In this document: positions 1 to 12,400 of the stretch, piece by piece
How the letters are laid out: each line of letters starts with the position of its first letter
How positions within the stretch are numbered: position 1 is the first letter of the stretch
NCBI GenBank assembly: GCA_951406725.2
Contig: OX597814.1
Span: forward strand, 27,590,001 to 27,654,000
Reading direction: 5' to 3'
From: Octopus vulgaris
Lineage: Eukaryota
DNA: 64,000 bases
Made by a program: the position numbers and the translations under genes
The notes under the pieces: generated by a model
Told to the model about the DNA's origin: nothing
The model's database searches: none
The model's input: only the letters and a program-made list of their open reading frames with translations

Positions 1-92
1 AATCTTGCAAACCAAATACAACGAAGTTTATTCTCTTAGATTCTGTATCATTTAATAGTCATCTTAGACATTAATATGACCTTAACATTATT

Positions 93-616
93 GGTTTCAA
101 GTTTTGCCACCAGGGTTGACTTTGCCTTTCATCCTTTCGGGGTCGATAAATTAAGTACCAGTTACGCACTGGGGTCGATGTAATCGACTGATCCCCTCCC
201 CCAAAATGTCAGGCCTTTTGCCTATTGGAGAAAGGATTATTGGTTTCAAATTTTGGCAATAGGTGAGCAGTTTAGGGGAAGGGGTAAGTCTATTACATCG
301 GCCCCAGAGCTTAACTGGCACTTATTTCAGTGACCCCGAAAGGATGAAAGACAAAGTCGACTTTGGCGGAATTTGAACTCAGCACGTAAAGACGGGTGAA
401 ATACCTATTTCTTTACTACCTACAAGGGGCTAAACTCAGAGAGGACAAACAAGGACAGACAAACGGTTTAAGTCGATTATATCGACCCCAATGCATAACT
501 GGTACTTATTTAATCGACCCCGAAAGGATGAAAGGCAAAGTCGACCTCGGCGGAATTTGAACTCAGAACGTAGCGTTTTGCCCGGCGTGCTAACGATTCT
601 GTCAGATCGCCGTCTT
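93..616 (-). mobile_element. Dimeric tRNA-derived SINE (family B) with a nested opposite-strand 5'-truncated copy at ~111-240
   Basis: Three copies of the GTCGACTTTGCCTTTCATCCTTTCGGGGTCGAT module. The whole block is flanked by a 19-bp direct repeat ATATGACCTTAACATTATT (74-92 and 617-635). Confidence 0.85.
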
Positions 617-869
617 ATATGACCTTAACATTATTATCAATATTTTCTGCAGTTGTTTACCAAATTACGAAAAAAAAAAAAAAAGTAAGTTAGTGAATAG
701 TTATATTTTAGAAAAAATATATGTACAGATTTCATTGAAATCAAAGAAACTTCATCAGTAATAATACATTAATATTTAGTTTCCGATAATTAATTGAAAA
801 TTTAATTTTTGTTGACTTCGTAATGTGCACATTAACTAAAATTGTAGAAAACTGCGAATGCAAACCGTT

Positions 870-1094
870 TTCTCTTTTGCTTTTCTCTTACTTGTTTCAG
901 TCTTGGACTGCGGCCATGCTGGGTGACAGCCTTGAAGAATTTTCGAACGAATCGATCTCAGTACCTTTTTTTTTAAGCCTGGTACTTTTTCTATCGGGCT
1001 CTTTGGCCGAAACGCTAAGTTAAAGAAACGTAAACGTACCATCACCGGTTGTCAAGAGGTTATGGTGAGCAAGTACAAAGACACACACACACAT

Positions 1095-1159
<65 letters not shown>

Positions 1160-1360
1160 TATATAATTATAAAAAATAATTATAATTAAGTAAATAATTA
1201 TAAGAATATGATTATAATTAAGGGCGCTGGAATACCAGCGCCTATACGCTAGAAGTTGATGTTAAACACCTACAATCCACTCTAAATATGTTTTCTACAT
1301 ACATACATACATACATACATACATACATACATACAGACAGACAGACAGACAGAAAGACAA

Positions 1361-1447
<87 letters not shown>

Positions 1448-1590
1448 TAGCACACACTTTATTAGTTTCCGTCTATCAAATCCACTCACAAAGCCCGAGG
1501 CTATAGTTGAAGACACATGCCCAAGGTATCCCACAGTGGTATTGAACCCGGAATCAATGTGGTTGGGAAGCAAACGTCTTGCCACAAGCC
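870..1590 (-). mobile_element. Fragmented SINE family A, interrupted in its internal microsatellite
   Basis: 3' half (TACTTGTTTCAGTC..GACTGCGGCCATGCT) at 870-1095 and head (TTTCCGTCTATCAAATCCACTCACAA..CCCAAGG) at 1457-1590. Between them lie (TA)n, a short repeat at 1160-1300, (TACA)n and (TAGA)n. Confidence 0.8.
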
Positions 1591-1949
1591 AAATTTACCC
1601 CACTCTGCATTTGGAGTTCTATCTCCTTTGTCTTCCATGTCGGTTTCTTTTTCACTAAGCTACGTCGGCAAAAATCAGTAAATATAAAATGAGAAGCGTA
1701 GAATGTAACGCTTGGTCGCTTCGGCTCTTCTGAGAGTGAGGAACTGAAGGAAAATAAATTCAGGAAATTCAGAAAGTGCTTTTGTAGAAAGAAGGTAGGT
1801 CAAAGAAGGTGAATGTGAAATGTGGAAAAGTAAAGGATGCAAAGTGAAAGAAGGATAAGAGTAACAAACATGTGCACATATACAACAAAGGTGTATAAAT
1901 ACAAAAATATACTACTCTAACACACACACACACACACATACACACACAC

Positions 1950-3540
1950 TAGTATAGCTTTCCTGAAGCATTGTCAGGAATATCTAGTAAATATCTTTTA
2001 AAGTTCATAACAATGCAAGTTATAAAAAAATTAACATTACAAGCCGATGATTAACTTTATTACCTGAGAATTCAATATATCTCAGGATTAGGATCCCTTC
2101 TTCGTGGAATTTGTAGAGAAAAGGTGTTAGCAGCTGATTTCTCTACTCTGTAATGTGCGTACATAAAGTGTTGTTTTGCGTTGCCATAGTATCCAATCAG
2201 TTGCGTGCAGTTCAGATCTGTTATTAATTCGCAGGGTGTATTTGTTAATTAAAATAGCTTCCTTTATTTGCAAGTTCCCAGTGTCTCTTCTTGTAGCTTC
2301 AATGGAAACTTGCATGTCTTGGGTGTGGTGTTTCCGTAGTTACTGTTTGATGGAAGAAGCATTAGCACAGAGGTATTCTTTGATCCGTTTGTGAACTGTC
2401 TGGTGGTATTTCTGATGTAGAATTCATTAAATTTGCTTCATGTGATTTTACATACCACGTAGGACAGCAGATATATGTTTTCATTATTGATCGGTTAGAC
2501 GGGAAACGTATGGTCCGGAGAGTGCCAGTTGTTTCTTCCTTAAAATATAGAAGGAAAAAAACAACAACAAAAAAACCTTATCTTTGAATGTTTGGGCTTT
2601 GTTATGTGATCTGGTGATGTCCTGGCGTTCAGTGAAAGAGCATGGATAGCTATTCTCCATCAAGACTTTTTAGAGGCAGAGATGAATTATAATGCACATA
2701 AAGGCCCCAGCATACCACTTTTCTGTAAAAGTTAGTGGAGATGGATTCGTTTTCTGTTATTACTCGAGACAATAGGTTTGCTTTTTAAATTTGGTCCCGT
2801 TTTTTTGCCCTTTTATAAGGTTGATAGAATGTGGGGGAGAAGTTATACTTAATCTTGTTCGAAAGTTCTGTCTCTTTACAAATGTATGTCCAACAGGTGT
2901 TTATTGTATCTTTGAGTTGGCTAGATGTGATGTTATTAACTTTTTTCTTAATTATAATATAGTATTAAGTGCTCGAATGCCAGTTCGTCGTATTTATTCT
3001 TATTTATAACACGGAATTCTCTCCTTTTGTCAGAAGGTAGGTATATAAGGTTCTTCGAACGTTGATTTTGTTGAGTGAGAAATTGGGGTTTAGAGAAATT
3101 AAAATGAGTGGAATGTTTTTCTAAGATGCTGAAAATTGAATGCTTAAGTTTCATTATATTAGAGTTAAGTCCAGGGTTTTAAAAAAAGAAGGAGAAGCGG
3201 GTTGTCTGGATGATAGGCGCAGTATCTAGGTGGAGGTAGATGGGAGTTAGAGATAATATTATTGGAGGATGGGGAGTAGGACTTCAGAGCTGATGTCCAT
3301 TTTAGTCGGTAAAATGTTCTGCGGTAAAAAGTTAGTTTCCCTACAAAGTTTTAGTTCGTCATTAAATCGCTGAACTAAAATGAATTTTGGAGCAAGATTT
3401 AGTAGACGTATATTCTCGGTTGACCGGGTGCCAGATAGATCTGTGACACGTGATTTGTTGTAAACTAGCTGTGGTAAACTCAAAGTTGTCGTTGTTTTTC
3501 AGTAGCTTCGGTCGCAAGATCAAGGTTATTGTTATTGTCC
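1950..3540 (-). mobile_element. Decayed Penelope-like retroelement (RT N-terminal region and GIY-YIG endonuclease C-terminus)
   Basis: Minus-strand ORF pieces LLNLAPKF (3259-3483), IYLPSDKRREFRVINKNKYDELAFEHL (2948-3154) and LQIKEAILINKYTLRINNRSEL (2127-2315) match Penelope motifs (PSDKG, KEA..I....P.LN). Multiple stops and frameshifts. Confidence 0.8.
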
Positions 3541-3586
3541 TTGTTATATATGGGAGGCTTGTTGTTGGAAGTTGAGAATAATAGAC

Positions 3587-3790
3587 TCTATTTTAATTAA
3601 CAAGCACATCACGCGAATTAATAACAAATCTGAATTGGACCTAGCTGATCGGAAGACTATGGCAACGTAAAACAACCCTTTATTTACATTCACACACGCT
3701 GCAGAGAAGAGAAATCAGCTATCAACAGCTTTTCTCTGTAAATTTCTCTGAGAGGGATCCTAAACCTGGAATATTGAAATGTTAGGCAAT
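3587..3790 (+). repeat. Inverted pseudo-LTR copy of the Penelope 3' end
   Basis: Reverse-complement similarity to 2061-2259, e.g. CTATTTTAATTAACAA, GCGAATTAATAACA.ATCTGAA, CTATGGCAACG.AAAACAAC, GAGAAATCAGCT. Confidence 0.8.
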
Positions 3791-4193
3791 ACCACTAACC
3801 ATCGACATGCATTGTTCTATTACGATTTACATTGTTTTAGCTTTAAAAAGAATACTTAAAACACACACACACACTTGCTCTCACACACACACATACATAC
3901 ATACACGTCACTGTATCACTGTATCGTACCGAGTAGTGGATATTGCTATACGTTACTGGTCACAATGTGCATTCTCGCATTGTTGTAGCTTTTGAGTGAG
4001 CCCATGTCCCGCCAAAAAACCACGAAAAGGGATACAACTCAGGTGATAAAGTAATGTGGGAAGGAATGAAGGAAGGAAGGAAGGAAGGAAGGAAGTAGCA
4101 GATTAGTACAATACATCAAACAGCCACAAATAACGATACAGTTACGATGGCAGGTTAATGCACTGAGGAGAGAAGAGATGAGAGTAACAGTAT

Positions 4194-4606
4194 AGGAGCA
4201 GAGGCAAAGCGGTAGGAAGTTGGGGTTGCTTCCCAACCACATGGTTCCGGATTCAGTCCCACTACGTGGCACCTTGGGTAAGTGTCTTCTACTGTAGCCT
4301 CGAGCCGACCAAAGCCTTGTGAGTAGATTTGGTAGACGAAAATTGAAAGAAGCCCGTTGTATATATGTATATATATTTATGTGTGTGTGTATTTGTATCT
4401 GTGTTTGTCTCCCTATCCCCACTTGACAACGGGTGTTCGTGTGTTTACGTTCCCATAACTTAGCGGTTCGGCAAAAGAGGCCTATAGAATAAGTACTAGG
4501 CTTAAAAAATAAGTACTGAGACCGATTCATTCGACTAAAATTTCAAGGCGGTACCCTAGCATGGCTGCAGTCTAATGACTGAAACAAGTAAAAGAAAAGC
4601 TAAAAG
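4194..4606 (+). mobile_element. SINE family A, full length
   Basis: tRNA-like head with B box GGATTCAGTCCC, internal (TA)(TG) tract, tail GACTGAAACAAGTAAAAGA. Confidence 0.9.
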
Positions 4607-4627
4607 ATAAATTTTGTATGTATGCAA

Positions 4628-4660
<33 letters not shown>

Positions 4661-4788
4661 TGTATGTATGTATGTATGTATGTATGTATGTATGTATGTA
4701 TGTATGTATGTGTGAATGTATGTGTGTATGTATGTATGTATGTATGTATGCATGTATGTATGTAGATGTGTGAGGATGTTTGTGTGTG

Positions 4789-4841
<53 letters not shown>

Positions 4842-4863
4842 GTGTGTGTGTGTGTGTGTGTGT

Positions 4864-5056
4864 ATAACCCCAAAAGAAGAAGAAGGAGAAACAAACAAAA
4901 AAATACAACAACGCGAGGACCAAAGTATTAGCAGACGCTCAGGGAAGGAAAGATGGTTTAACGTTTCGAGCAACGCTCTTCTTCAGAAACAGGAAAGTTC
5001 AATAGAAAGGAAGATGGAGGAAGAAAATCGCCAACGATTCACATGTGGTTACATAA
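4864..5056 (-). mobile_element. Short microsatellite-embedded Penelope-pLTR-like element with a minimal hammerhead motif (4956-4990)
   Basis: Minus strand reads GTTT-CTGAAGA-A-GAGC-GTT-GCTC-GAAA-C-GTT-AAAC. Homologous copies at 19964-20180 and 40472-40665. Confidence 0.7.
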
Positions 5057-5399
5057 TGTATGTATTTACAAACATCCACACACTTACGTACATACATGGA
5101 CACACAAATAAATATTCATATATTTATTTCTCCCTCTCATTATAGCGAGTGAATTTTGCCAATAAATTTCAAGTTTTAATATTAGAAAATAAGCTTACGT
5201 GCAAAACACTGATTAATTGTCTCCTCACAACATGAAAGATCCAACAGAATTACCAGTGCAAGTTGGCGGAGCCAGTTGATTGTGTTATGTAATTGATGTA
5301 ACTTGGTGGTGGTGGTAGTGGGGTGGTTCTTTCTTCACAGTTCAGAAAAAAAGTTTACAAATACTCTGCGATATAAAATTTTAAAAGGCTCTAAAATCT

Positions 5400-5930
5400 T
5401 TCTCTTTAAAAATAATCATATCTCGTTTTGTGTTTGAACTTTAAATGGCTGATCATGTTAAAGATATAATAATAAAAAAAAATAACTCAGATGTTAAGAA
5501 AAAGCAAAACATACACTTTTTACATTCCAAAATGCATGAAAATTTAAGATTTTATATAAAGCATACGTTAGAACCCATTTAGAATATTAGATACAAATAT
5601 GGTCACCTTAACCTCTGAAAGGATACACAAATTAATAAAAGGGCTCTGAGAAGAGTAACGAATTTATCACCAGAATTAGGAAATTTTTATCTTGCGAAGA
5701 GAAAAAAATATAGGAATTACTTTGGTTGGGAGACTAAATGTTAGTACACTATCTCAGAAAAATGAAAAACTAAGAAGTATACATTTTATAAATAATAAAA
5801 ATGCTTTAAAGACGTCAGAAAATATTTTGTTCCTTCAAAGATCTTTTAGTAAATGGAATATTTCGTCAGGTCATGTAGTAAACGCTATAACAGCAAATAT
5901 CTTTAAAGATAAATATGACAAGATTTAAGA
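5400..5930 (+). mobile_element. Decayed CR1-clade LINE, 3' part of ORF2
   Basis: Conceptual translation YKAYVRTHLEY*IQIWSP..RALRRVTNLSPEL and FLQRSFSKWN resembles the CR1 pattern YK.YVRP.LEY..Q.WSP..QRRATK and R....WN. Stops and frameshifts present. Confidence 0.7.
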
Positions 5931-6497
5931 TAAAGGAATAGATTAAAATACATTTGATGAAGAGTGGAGGCGAGCAGAAAGCACTAAACTGTTCATAATG
6001 AATCTCGCAAAACTTTAACTGCTATCTAAATGATACATCAATATCAAAAATAACGCTAATTGCATGACGTCATAACGGAATATTTCTCTCTTTGGAATGA
6101 AAATTTACAAAATGTCAGAAAAAAAAATGTTTTTCTTTATAAATACAAAGCAATGAATTTTACGAGAGATGAAGGTGTGAGGCGAATATGAGATTATGTG
6201 TCATTTACGTTTTGTTGTTCTATTACTTGTTTTAAATGAACAGCTACAACCAATTGTTTTAACCATATTAAAGATGCGATACAGGATATTAGGAATACAT
6301 AACTGAACATTTGGAGGGAAATTGTATAGTCGACTGGTCGAACTCCAGTATATAATTGGTATATATTTTGTCAAATTACAGAATAATTAAAGGTTACATC
6401 GACCTCAGAATGTTGAGTTGGATAATTAACTAGTCAAAAACTCTTTAACGTCTCTGGTAAAAATTGAAAAAAGTTAATTTATTTTATCACCTTAGGC

Positions 6498-7007
6498 ATA
6501 GGCGTGACTGAGTGGTTAAGAAGCTTGCTTCCCAGCCATGTGGTCTTGGGTTCAGTCCCACTGTGCAGCACCTTAGGCAAGTATCTTCTGTAGTAGCTCC
6601 AGGGTAAGCAAATCCTTGTGAGTGGATTTGGTAGATGCAAACTGAAAGAAGATCGTAGTATATATATATAGGATATTTTTATAAATGTCTCATTTATAAC
6701 TACATATTGACCTACCATAAATGGCTAATATAAGTAAAATGAGACATACTTATCTACATGGCCGAAACAGCTGTAAGATGTAGTCTATATTTATATTTAT
6801 ATGTACTTATATTTACATTCCCTTATACATATTCTACTTATTGTATAACATTACTCTTTTATGTACACTCCTTTATGTACACTGTTTTGTTCTACATTAT
6901 TATGTTTAACCTTATAGTTTCTTATGTGGTGGTTTAATGAAGTATGTGATTGAGTATTATCTGGTAATTGATATTTGATTTCGATGTATTTCTCCATTTT
7001 CTTATTT

Positions 7008-7056
<49 letters not shown>

Positions 7057-7515
7057 ATATATATATATTGATATATATATATATATTGATAGAAATGGTA
7101 AAACAACAAAAGAATGAACGAATCTTCGATATTATGTAAATAGAAGAATTTATCTGTAAATGTAATATGTGACAATTATTCGGTAGCCATGATAAAACTT
7201 CGAGTTTCGGATGTCGGGGTGGAAATCCACGCCGCCATCTCTTTTGTTATCCGGCCATCGGAAAATCTATATATTATATATATATTTATAATGTGCGTGT
7301 GTGTGTGTATTTATGTGCTTGTGTTGTGTTTGTGTTGGATGTATTTTTTCCACTGCTTCACAACCGGTGTTAATTTGCGCTACCGTTACTTAGTAATTCG
7401 ACAAAGAGATGGATAAAATAAGTACCAGACTTACAAATATGTACAGTGGACTAAACCCTCGAAGACGATGCCCCAGCATGGCCGCAGTCCAATGATTTAA
7501 ACCAGTAAAAGATAT
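6498..7515 (+). mobile_element. SINE family A split by two nested TA-embedded elements (~6670-7010 and ~7090-7270)
   Basis: Head at 6498-6660 ends in TATATA. The 3' half resumes at ~7290 (GTGTTGTGTTTG..AAGTACCAGACTTAC..CCAGCATGGCCGCAGTC). Confidence 0.75.
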
Positions 7516-7536
7516 AAGCATGGTTATATACCAAAA

Positions 7537-7833
7537 ATGTGGAGGCACATGGCCTAGTGGTTAGAGCAGCGAACTCGCGGTCGAGGGATCGCGGGTTCGA
7601 ATCTCAGAGCAGGCGATGTGCGTGTTTGTGAGCGAAACACCTAAGCTCCACGCGGCTCCGGCAGAAGGTAATGGTGAACTTCTGCTGACTCTTTCGCCAC
7701 GACTTTCTCTCACTCTTTCCTCCTGCATCTTGCAGCTCACCTGCGGCGTCCCGTCCAGGTGGCGAACCTATACGCCAAGGAAACCGGGAAACCGGCCCTT
7801 ATGAGCTAGGCGTGGCTCGAGAAGGAACAAACA
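7537..7833 (+). mobile_element. tRNA-derived SINE: head C with a V-domain-like tail
   Basis: A box TGGCCTAGTGG, B box GGTTCGAATCT; 11-bp TSD ATATACCAAAA (7526-7536 and 7834-7844). Confidence 0.9.
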
Positions 7834-8206
7834 ATATACCAAAATACAATTATTTTTTTCTGTAACAGAAGGAACTGTTTACGACTGACATACAACGCGG
7901 AAATTCTTAGAATCGTCTAAAAAGAAGCAGAAGGACCGAATAAAATGCCTTTATATCAATTAATCACGTTTTGAGATCAAATTCTGTTATAACCATCTTT
8001 ATTTTTCGTCTTTCAAAGGTTGATAAAATATATAACAACATGCACTATAGTCGATTGAACTCGATTATCTACAACTCTCCTTAAACCTATGACAATTGCC
8101 AGGGCAAGAAATTGCTATGAACACTGCCTACCAAAGCCCAATTTGCGCCGTTTTTTTCTTTTTGTTATAAATTATGCTTATTTAATTTTTTAAACCTTAT
8201 ATATAT

Positions 8207-8265
<59 letters not shown>

Positions 8266-8734
8266 TATGTATACATACTTGCATACATTGTAATTCACTA
8301 TATTAACTACCACATTGACTTATATGGGTTTCATCGGTGACTTCCGTGGTACAGAAAGAATATTACAATCATTTTGTATCGCAGGAGTTGCCGGTGGTAC
8401 ACTTGTTAAAAAATGCCAAATTGTCCATTATACAACATTTATGGATTCTTTTTCATTTATTTTCTACAGATTATATTTCAGATTATATCATATAAGCTTT
8501 AATGGCTTCTTTTTCCACAAAAATTATTTTATGGAAGGCAGTGCTTCAATGATGGAGATGACAGTGACTTGCACGCTTCTGATATCCGTGTTCTGTACAT
8601 TTCCTAAGATTCGAATGATATAATTTGAACCACATTTATGTGGGGTTCCATAAGAAAAGAACAAAAAATACAAAAAGAACAAAAAAAAAAACGTCACCAC
8701 TTGTAGCACTGATGATTTCCATGGTATATTAAGA

Positions 8735-8960
8735 GTGGAAGCGTGTGGCTAAGTGTTTCGGGTGTTGGACTCATGATTGAAAGATTATGCTTTCGATTCC
8801 TGGACTAGGCGATGTGTTGTGTTCTTGAGCAAAACACTTCATTTCACATTGCTCCAGTCACTCAGCTGGCAAAAATGAGTAATCCTGCGGCGGACCGGCG
8901 TCTCGTCCAAAGGGGAATGTATGCGCCACGGAAACCGAGAAACCTGTCTTATATTAAGAG
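8735..8960 (+). mobile_element. tRNA-derived SINE with CORE-like domain (family D) and V-domain-like tail
   Basis: Head GTGGAAGCGTGTGGCT..TTCGATTCC; CORE-like GTGTTCTTGAGCAAAACACTT..CTCAGCTGGCAAAAATGAGT; tail shared with 7740-7810. Confidence 0.75.
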
Positions 8961-9479
8961 TATAGCATGGGGAATTACCAGTAGGCAACGTTTTAATCTT
9001 GAGGATAGCGATTAACGATGACAATAGAGCACCAGTGAAGTATTAGTGTCAAGTTAATCGACTAAATCTATCGATCAAAATTTGTTGACATTGTCAATGT
9101 TAGAAACGACTTTTGTTGAGCTGGATTTAACTGGATAGCAGAAATAGTAGATAGCAGCTGTCATGATCGGTAACTGGTCAAACTAGAGAAAGCTATCATT
9201 TTTTAAGACAATAAACCTACCTTTCTACTCTAAGTAACGTATTGAGTTCTATACATGGTAACGTTTGCACAATGTATATAATACACGTTATAGCACTTAT
9301 GACATAAATGCATGAATTTTATTAGAGTTTAATTTAAGTTCTTGAGAGAATTCAAGCGGTCGCTAACAAAGCGACAAGACTTTTGAGTTAAGAGAATTCC
9401 CGGTGTTCGTAAATAAGTGGTTAAGTTGGTGTGTTGGTTGAACTGTCGATGCATACACTCAAGTGTGTGAATCTATTCC

Positions 9480-10300
9480 CATAAGAATCTCAGATGGAGA
9501 ATGCTTGGAATGTCTTACAAATCTTCACTGTGCCACTAATAGATTGGATTTGGAGAATCTGCGTCAGTTTTTTTTACCCTTTTTCCGTTGATATTTGTTG
9601 GTATATAATTTAATGCTCCTATGATGATAGGTACAAATAAAGAATTCATAGTCAGGGCAAAGTTTCGCATTAATTCGCATTAATGTCTTTTTCCAAGACA
9701 TTTGACTGTACATACACATCCTATTTCTTTATTATCCACAAGGGGCTAAACACAGAGGGGACAAACAAGGACAGACATAGGTATTAAGTCGATTACATCG
9801 ACCCCAGTGCGTAACTGGTTCTTAATTTATCGACCCCGAAAGGATGAAAGGCAAAGTCGACCTCGGCGGAATTTGAACTCACAACGTAACGCAGACGAAA
9901 TACCGCTAAGCATTTCGCCCGGCGTGCTAACGTTTCTGCCAGCTCGCCGCCTGTACATACACATCTGCTTGGCAGTTGACCTCTACAATAGTGCATGACT
10001 TTTGTTCGCTATCCCACAAAACAATATGGAATCTGTTATGTTTGCACTGAATTGATGTTTTTATTGGGATGTTTCACCAGTATTTCTTGTTTTTGAAGGT
10101 GTGAATATTTGCTGGTTCTGACATGCCTTTGATGTATACATCAGAGCAGTCCTTCCTGCGGACAGCAATGCAAATAGTCTTTGCAACTACATCATATCTT
10201 TGGGGCAGGTAGTGTCTCTTAGACATTTTGGGGCAGCAGCTGCTGATGCGGGTGATATTTTCTACACAGGTATAGCAGAGCCGACATTTCTTTATCACAA
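9480..10300 (-). mobile_element. 3' fragment of an R4/Dong-like non-LTR retrotransposon (CCHC knuckle plus restriction-like endonuclease)
   Basis: CRLC..ENI..I.SCCPKMSKRHYLPQRYDVVAK, then NIPIKT..CKHNR, WDSEQKSCTIVEVNC, FVPIIIGAL and ILQIQSISGTVKICKTF across frameshifts. Confidence 0.8.
9721..9950 (-). mobile_element. SINE family B, full length, inserted in the R4-like fragment
   Basis: Perfect 15-bp TSD CTGTACATACACATC at 9706-9720 and 9951-9965. Confidence 0.95.
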
Positions 10301-10905
10301 ACTATGTATGTATGCCATGCAGAGTGTCCAACAATTACCCTCCTCACCAAGCAAGCTTGATGGGGTTGCCAGTTTAGTCGCCGACGATGCAACAGGTTGT
10401 ACTGGGTTACATGTTAGCTGCAGCGCCCGAGAGCGACCTGACATAAGACGTGTCAAAGGGAAGAGCTCATGAGCAGTCAACGGCCATCCAATAATATATG
10501 TACATGTTTATGTACGTACGTATATATGTGCGTGGACGTGGAAGTACCTTGGTGTCCAGGCGTTCGGTTGGCCACTGGGAGTGGGAGGTCCCTCTGTTGG
10601 TGTTACATTTCTCTAGAAGAGGGTAACTCTGAGAAAAAACCTGCGACACTGGCAATATTCGATGATGTAGATTAGTCCTTGTTTTCAAGTTTATACCATA
10701 CATATTCAAAGATTGGAACTGGATTTGTGCAAATCGTTTCCACTATAAAAAAAATTCATCTTGCACAGACATCGCTTGAAAAAAATAAGACCGTTCACAA
10801 AAATGACTGGTCGTAACCTTCGCATGTGTGGAACTTTCGATCAGGCGATGGCAAATACTCGAACACGAGTTTGTAGTCATCATGCATGTATGTAATATAT
10901 AATAC

Positions 10906-10962
<57 letters not shown>

Positions 10963-10964
<2 letters not shown>

Positions 10965-11161
10965 CTCCACGAGGCTCCGGCAGGGGTTGGTGGCGGTCCC
11001 AGCTGTACTCTTTCGCCACAAGTTTCTCTCACTCTTTCTTCTGTTGGCCTGCTCGCTTAGCCAGCGAGGTGGCGTCATTTGAAGGCTAAAACAATGCAAA
11101 GCGCATTGTGACCAGCGATGTGTAGCAACATCTGATAGTCTGGTCGGTCACGGTGATCACG

Positions 11162-11166
<5 letters not shown>
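10963..11166 (+). mobile_element. 5'-truncated SINE: family C body with a third tail type
   Basis: AGCTCCACGAGGCTCCGGCAGGGG..TTTCTCTCACTCTTTC as at 16000-16075, followed by an unrelated tail ending (TCACGGTGA)2. Flanked by (TA)n. Confidence 0.8.
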
Positions 11167-11260
<94 letters not shown>

Positions 11261-11700
11261 CAAAGTTAGTTTCAATAAACCTAGACTATATGTAATATCT
11301 TTATTTCTTTGTATTACTTCTAATAAACCAGTTTTGTTTTAATTTCGCAAAAGTACATAGAGAGTAATTTTTTTTTACACTTTTTGTATAACTCAAAGTG
11401 TTATATTTGCAGGAGTGAATACCTGATACCTGTTGTACTGATGTTATCTATTGAAGCAGAAACACTTATCCACAGCTGCCAGCTTATTTCCAAAAGAAAC
11501 AGAATGTATTTCCCCTTTAAGGCATTTCTATTCCGAACAATCCTTACTTCTTGAAATTTGTCTGTCTTCTTATTTGTGGTTAGTTCCAATTGCGATTCGC
11601 CATTTATATGCTGTCTCTCATAGAGAACATAATTTCAATAAATCAAACATCTAACTTCTATTGTTCAGAATACTTTTATTGGACTTCGAATGTTGAGAGA

Positions 11701-11802
<102 letters not shown>

Positions 11803-12007
11803 GGAATAAATCCAAACTTACAGGGAAAAATTAGATTTAGGATTAAATCCAATTTTATAGTATAAATATATTATATTATATTAAATTAGAGATAAAACCA
11901 CTATTAATTTAATATATATATATATATATGCACACGTAAAAGTGGAACTTTGGAATGAGTGCTCTGCACCGCATTGGTGGATAAATACTTTCTTTATTTG
12001 TTAATTA

Positions 12008-12076
12008 AGGCTACCATTGGTTTCATGTTAAGAAGAGTGTGGAAATATCCAAGTATCTTAACAATTTTTCAAGCCC
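12008..12076 (-). ncRNA. Candidate minimal type I hammerhead ribozyme (U3-A8 core variant)
   Basis: Minus strand: GGGC-TTGAAAA-AT-TGTTAAGA..TCTTAACA-T-GAAA-CCAATGG-TA-GCCT. Stem I GGGC/GCCT, 8-bp stem II, near-palindromic stem III, GUA triplet. Confidence 0.55.
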
Positions 12077-12146
12077 GTCATATGGAGAAAGCTGTTTGCT
12101 TCCATTTTTGAAAGCAATCTCCAGGCAATCTTAGATTTATTGATAT

Positions 12147-12270
<124 letters not shown>

Positions 12271-12341
12271 TGTGAGTGTATATATATATATATATATATA
12301 TTAATACGTTTGAAAATGGAGAGATTCAATGGATATGAATA

Positions 12342-12392
<51 letters not shown>

Positions 12393-12400
12393 CATATACA

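Noticed and set aside
1223-1252. GGCGCTGG-AATA-CCAGCGCC hairpin followed by CTAG, resembling a Helitron 3' end
   Set aside because: The surrounding 1205-1300 aligns with the 41850-41940 repeat and continues past the CTAG; no matching 5' TC end.
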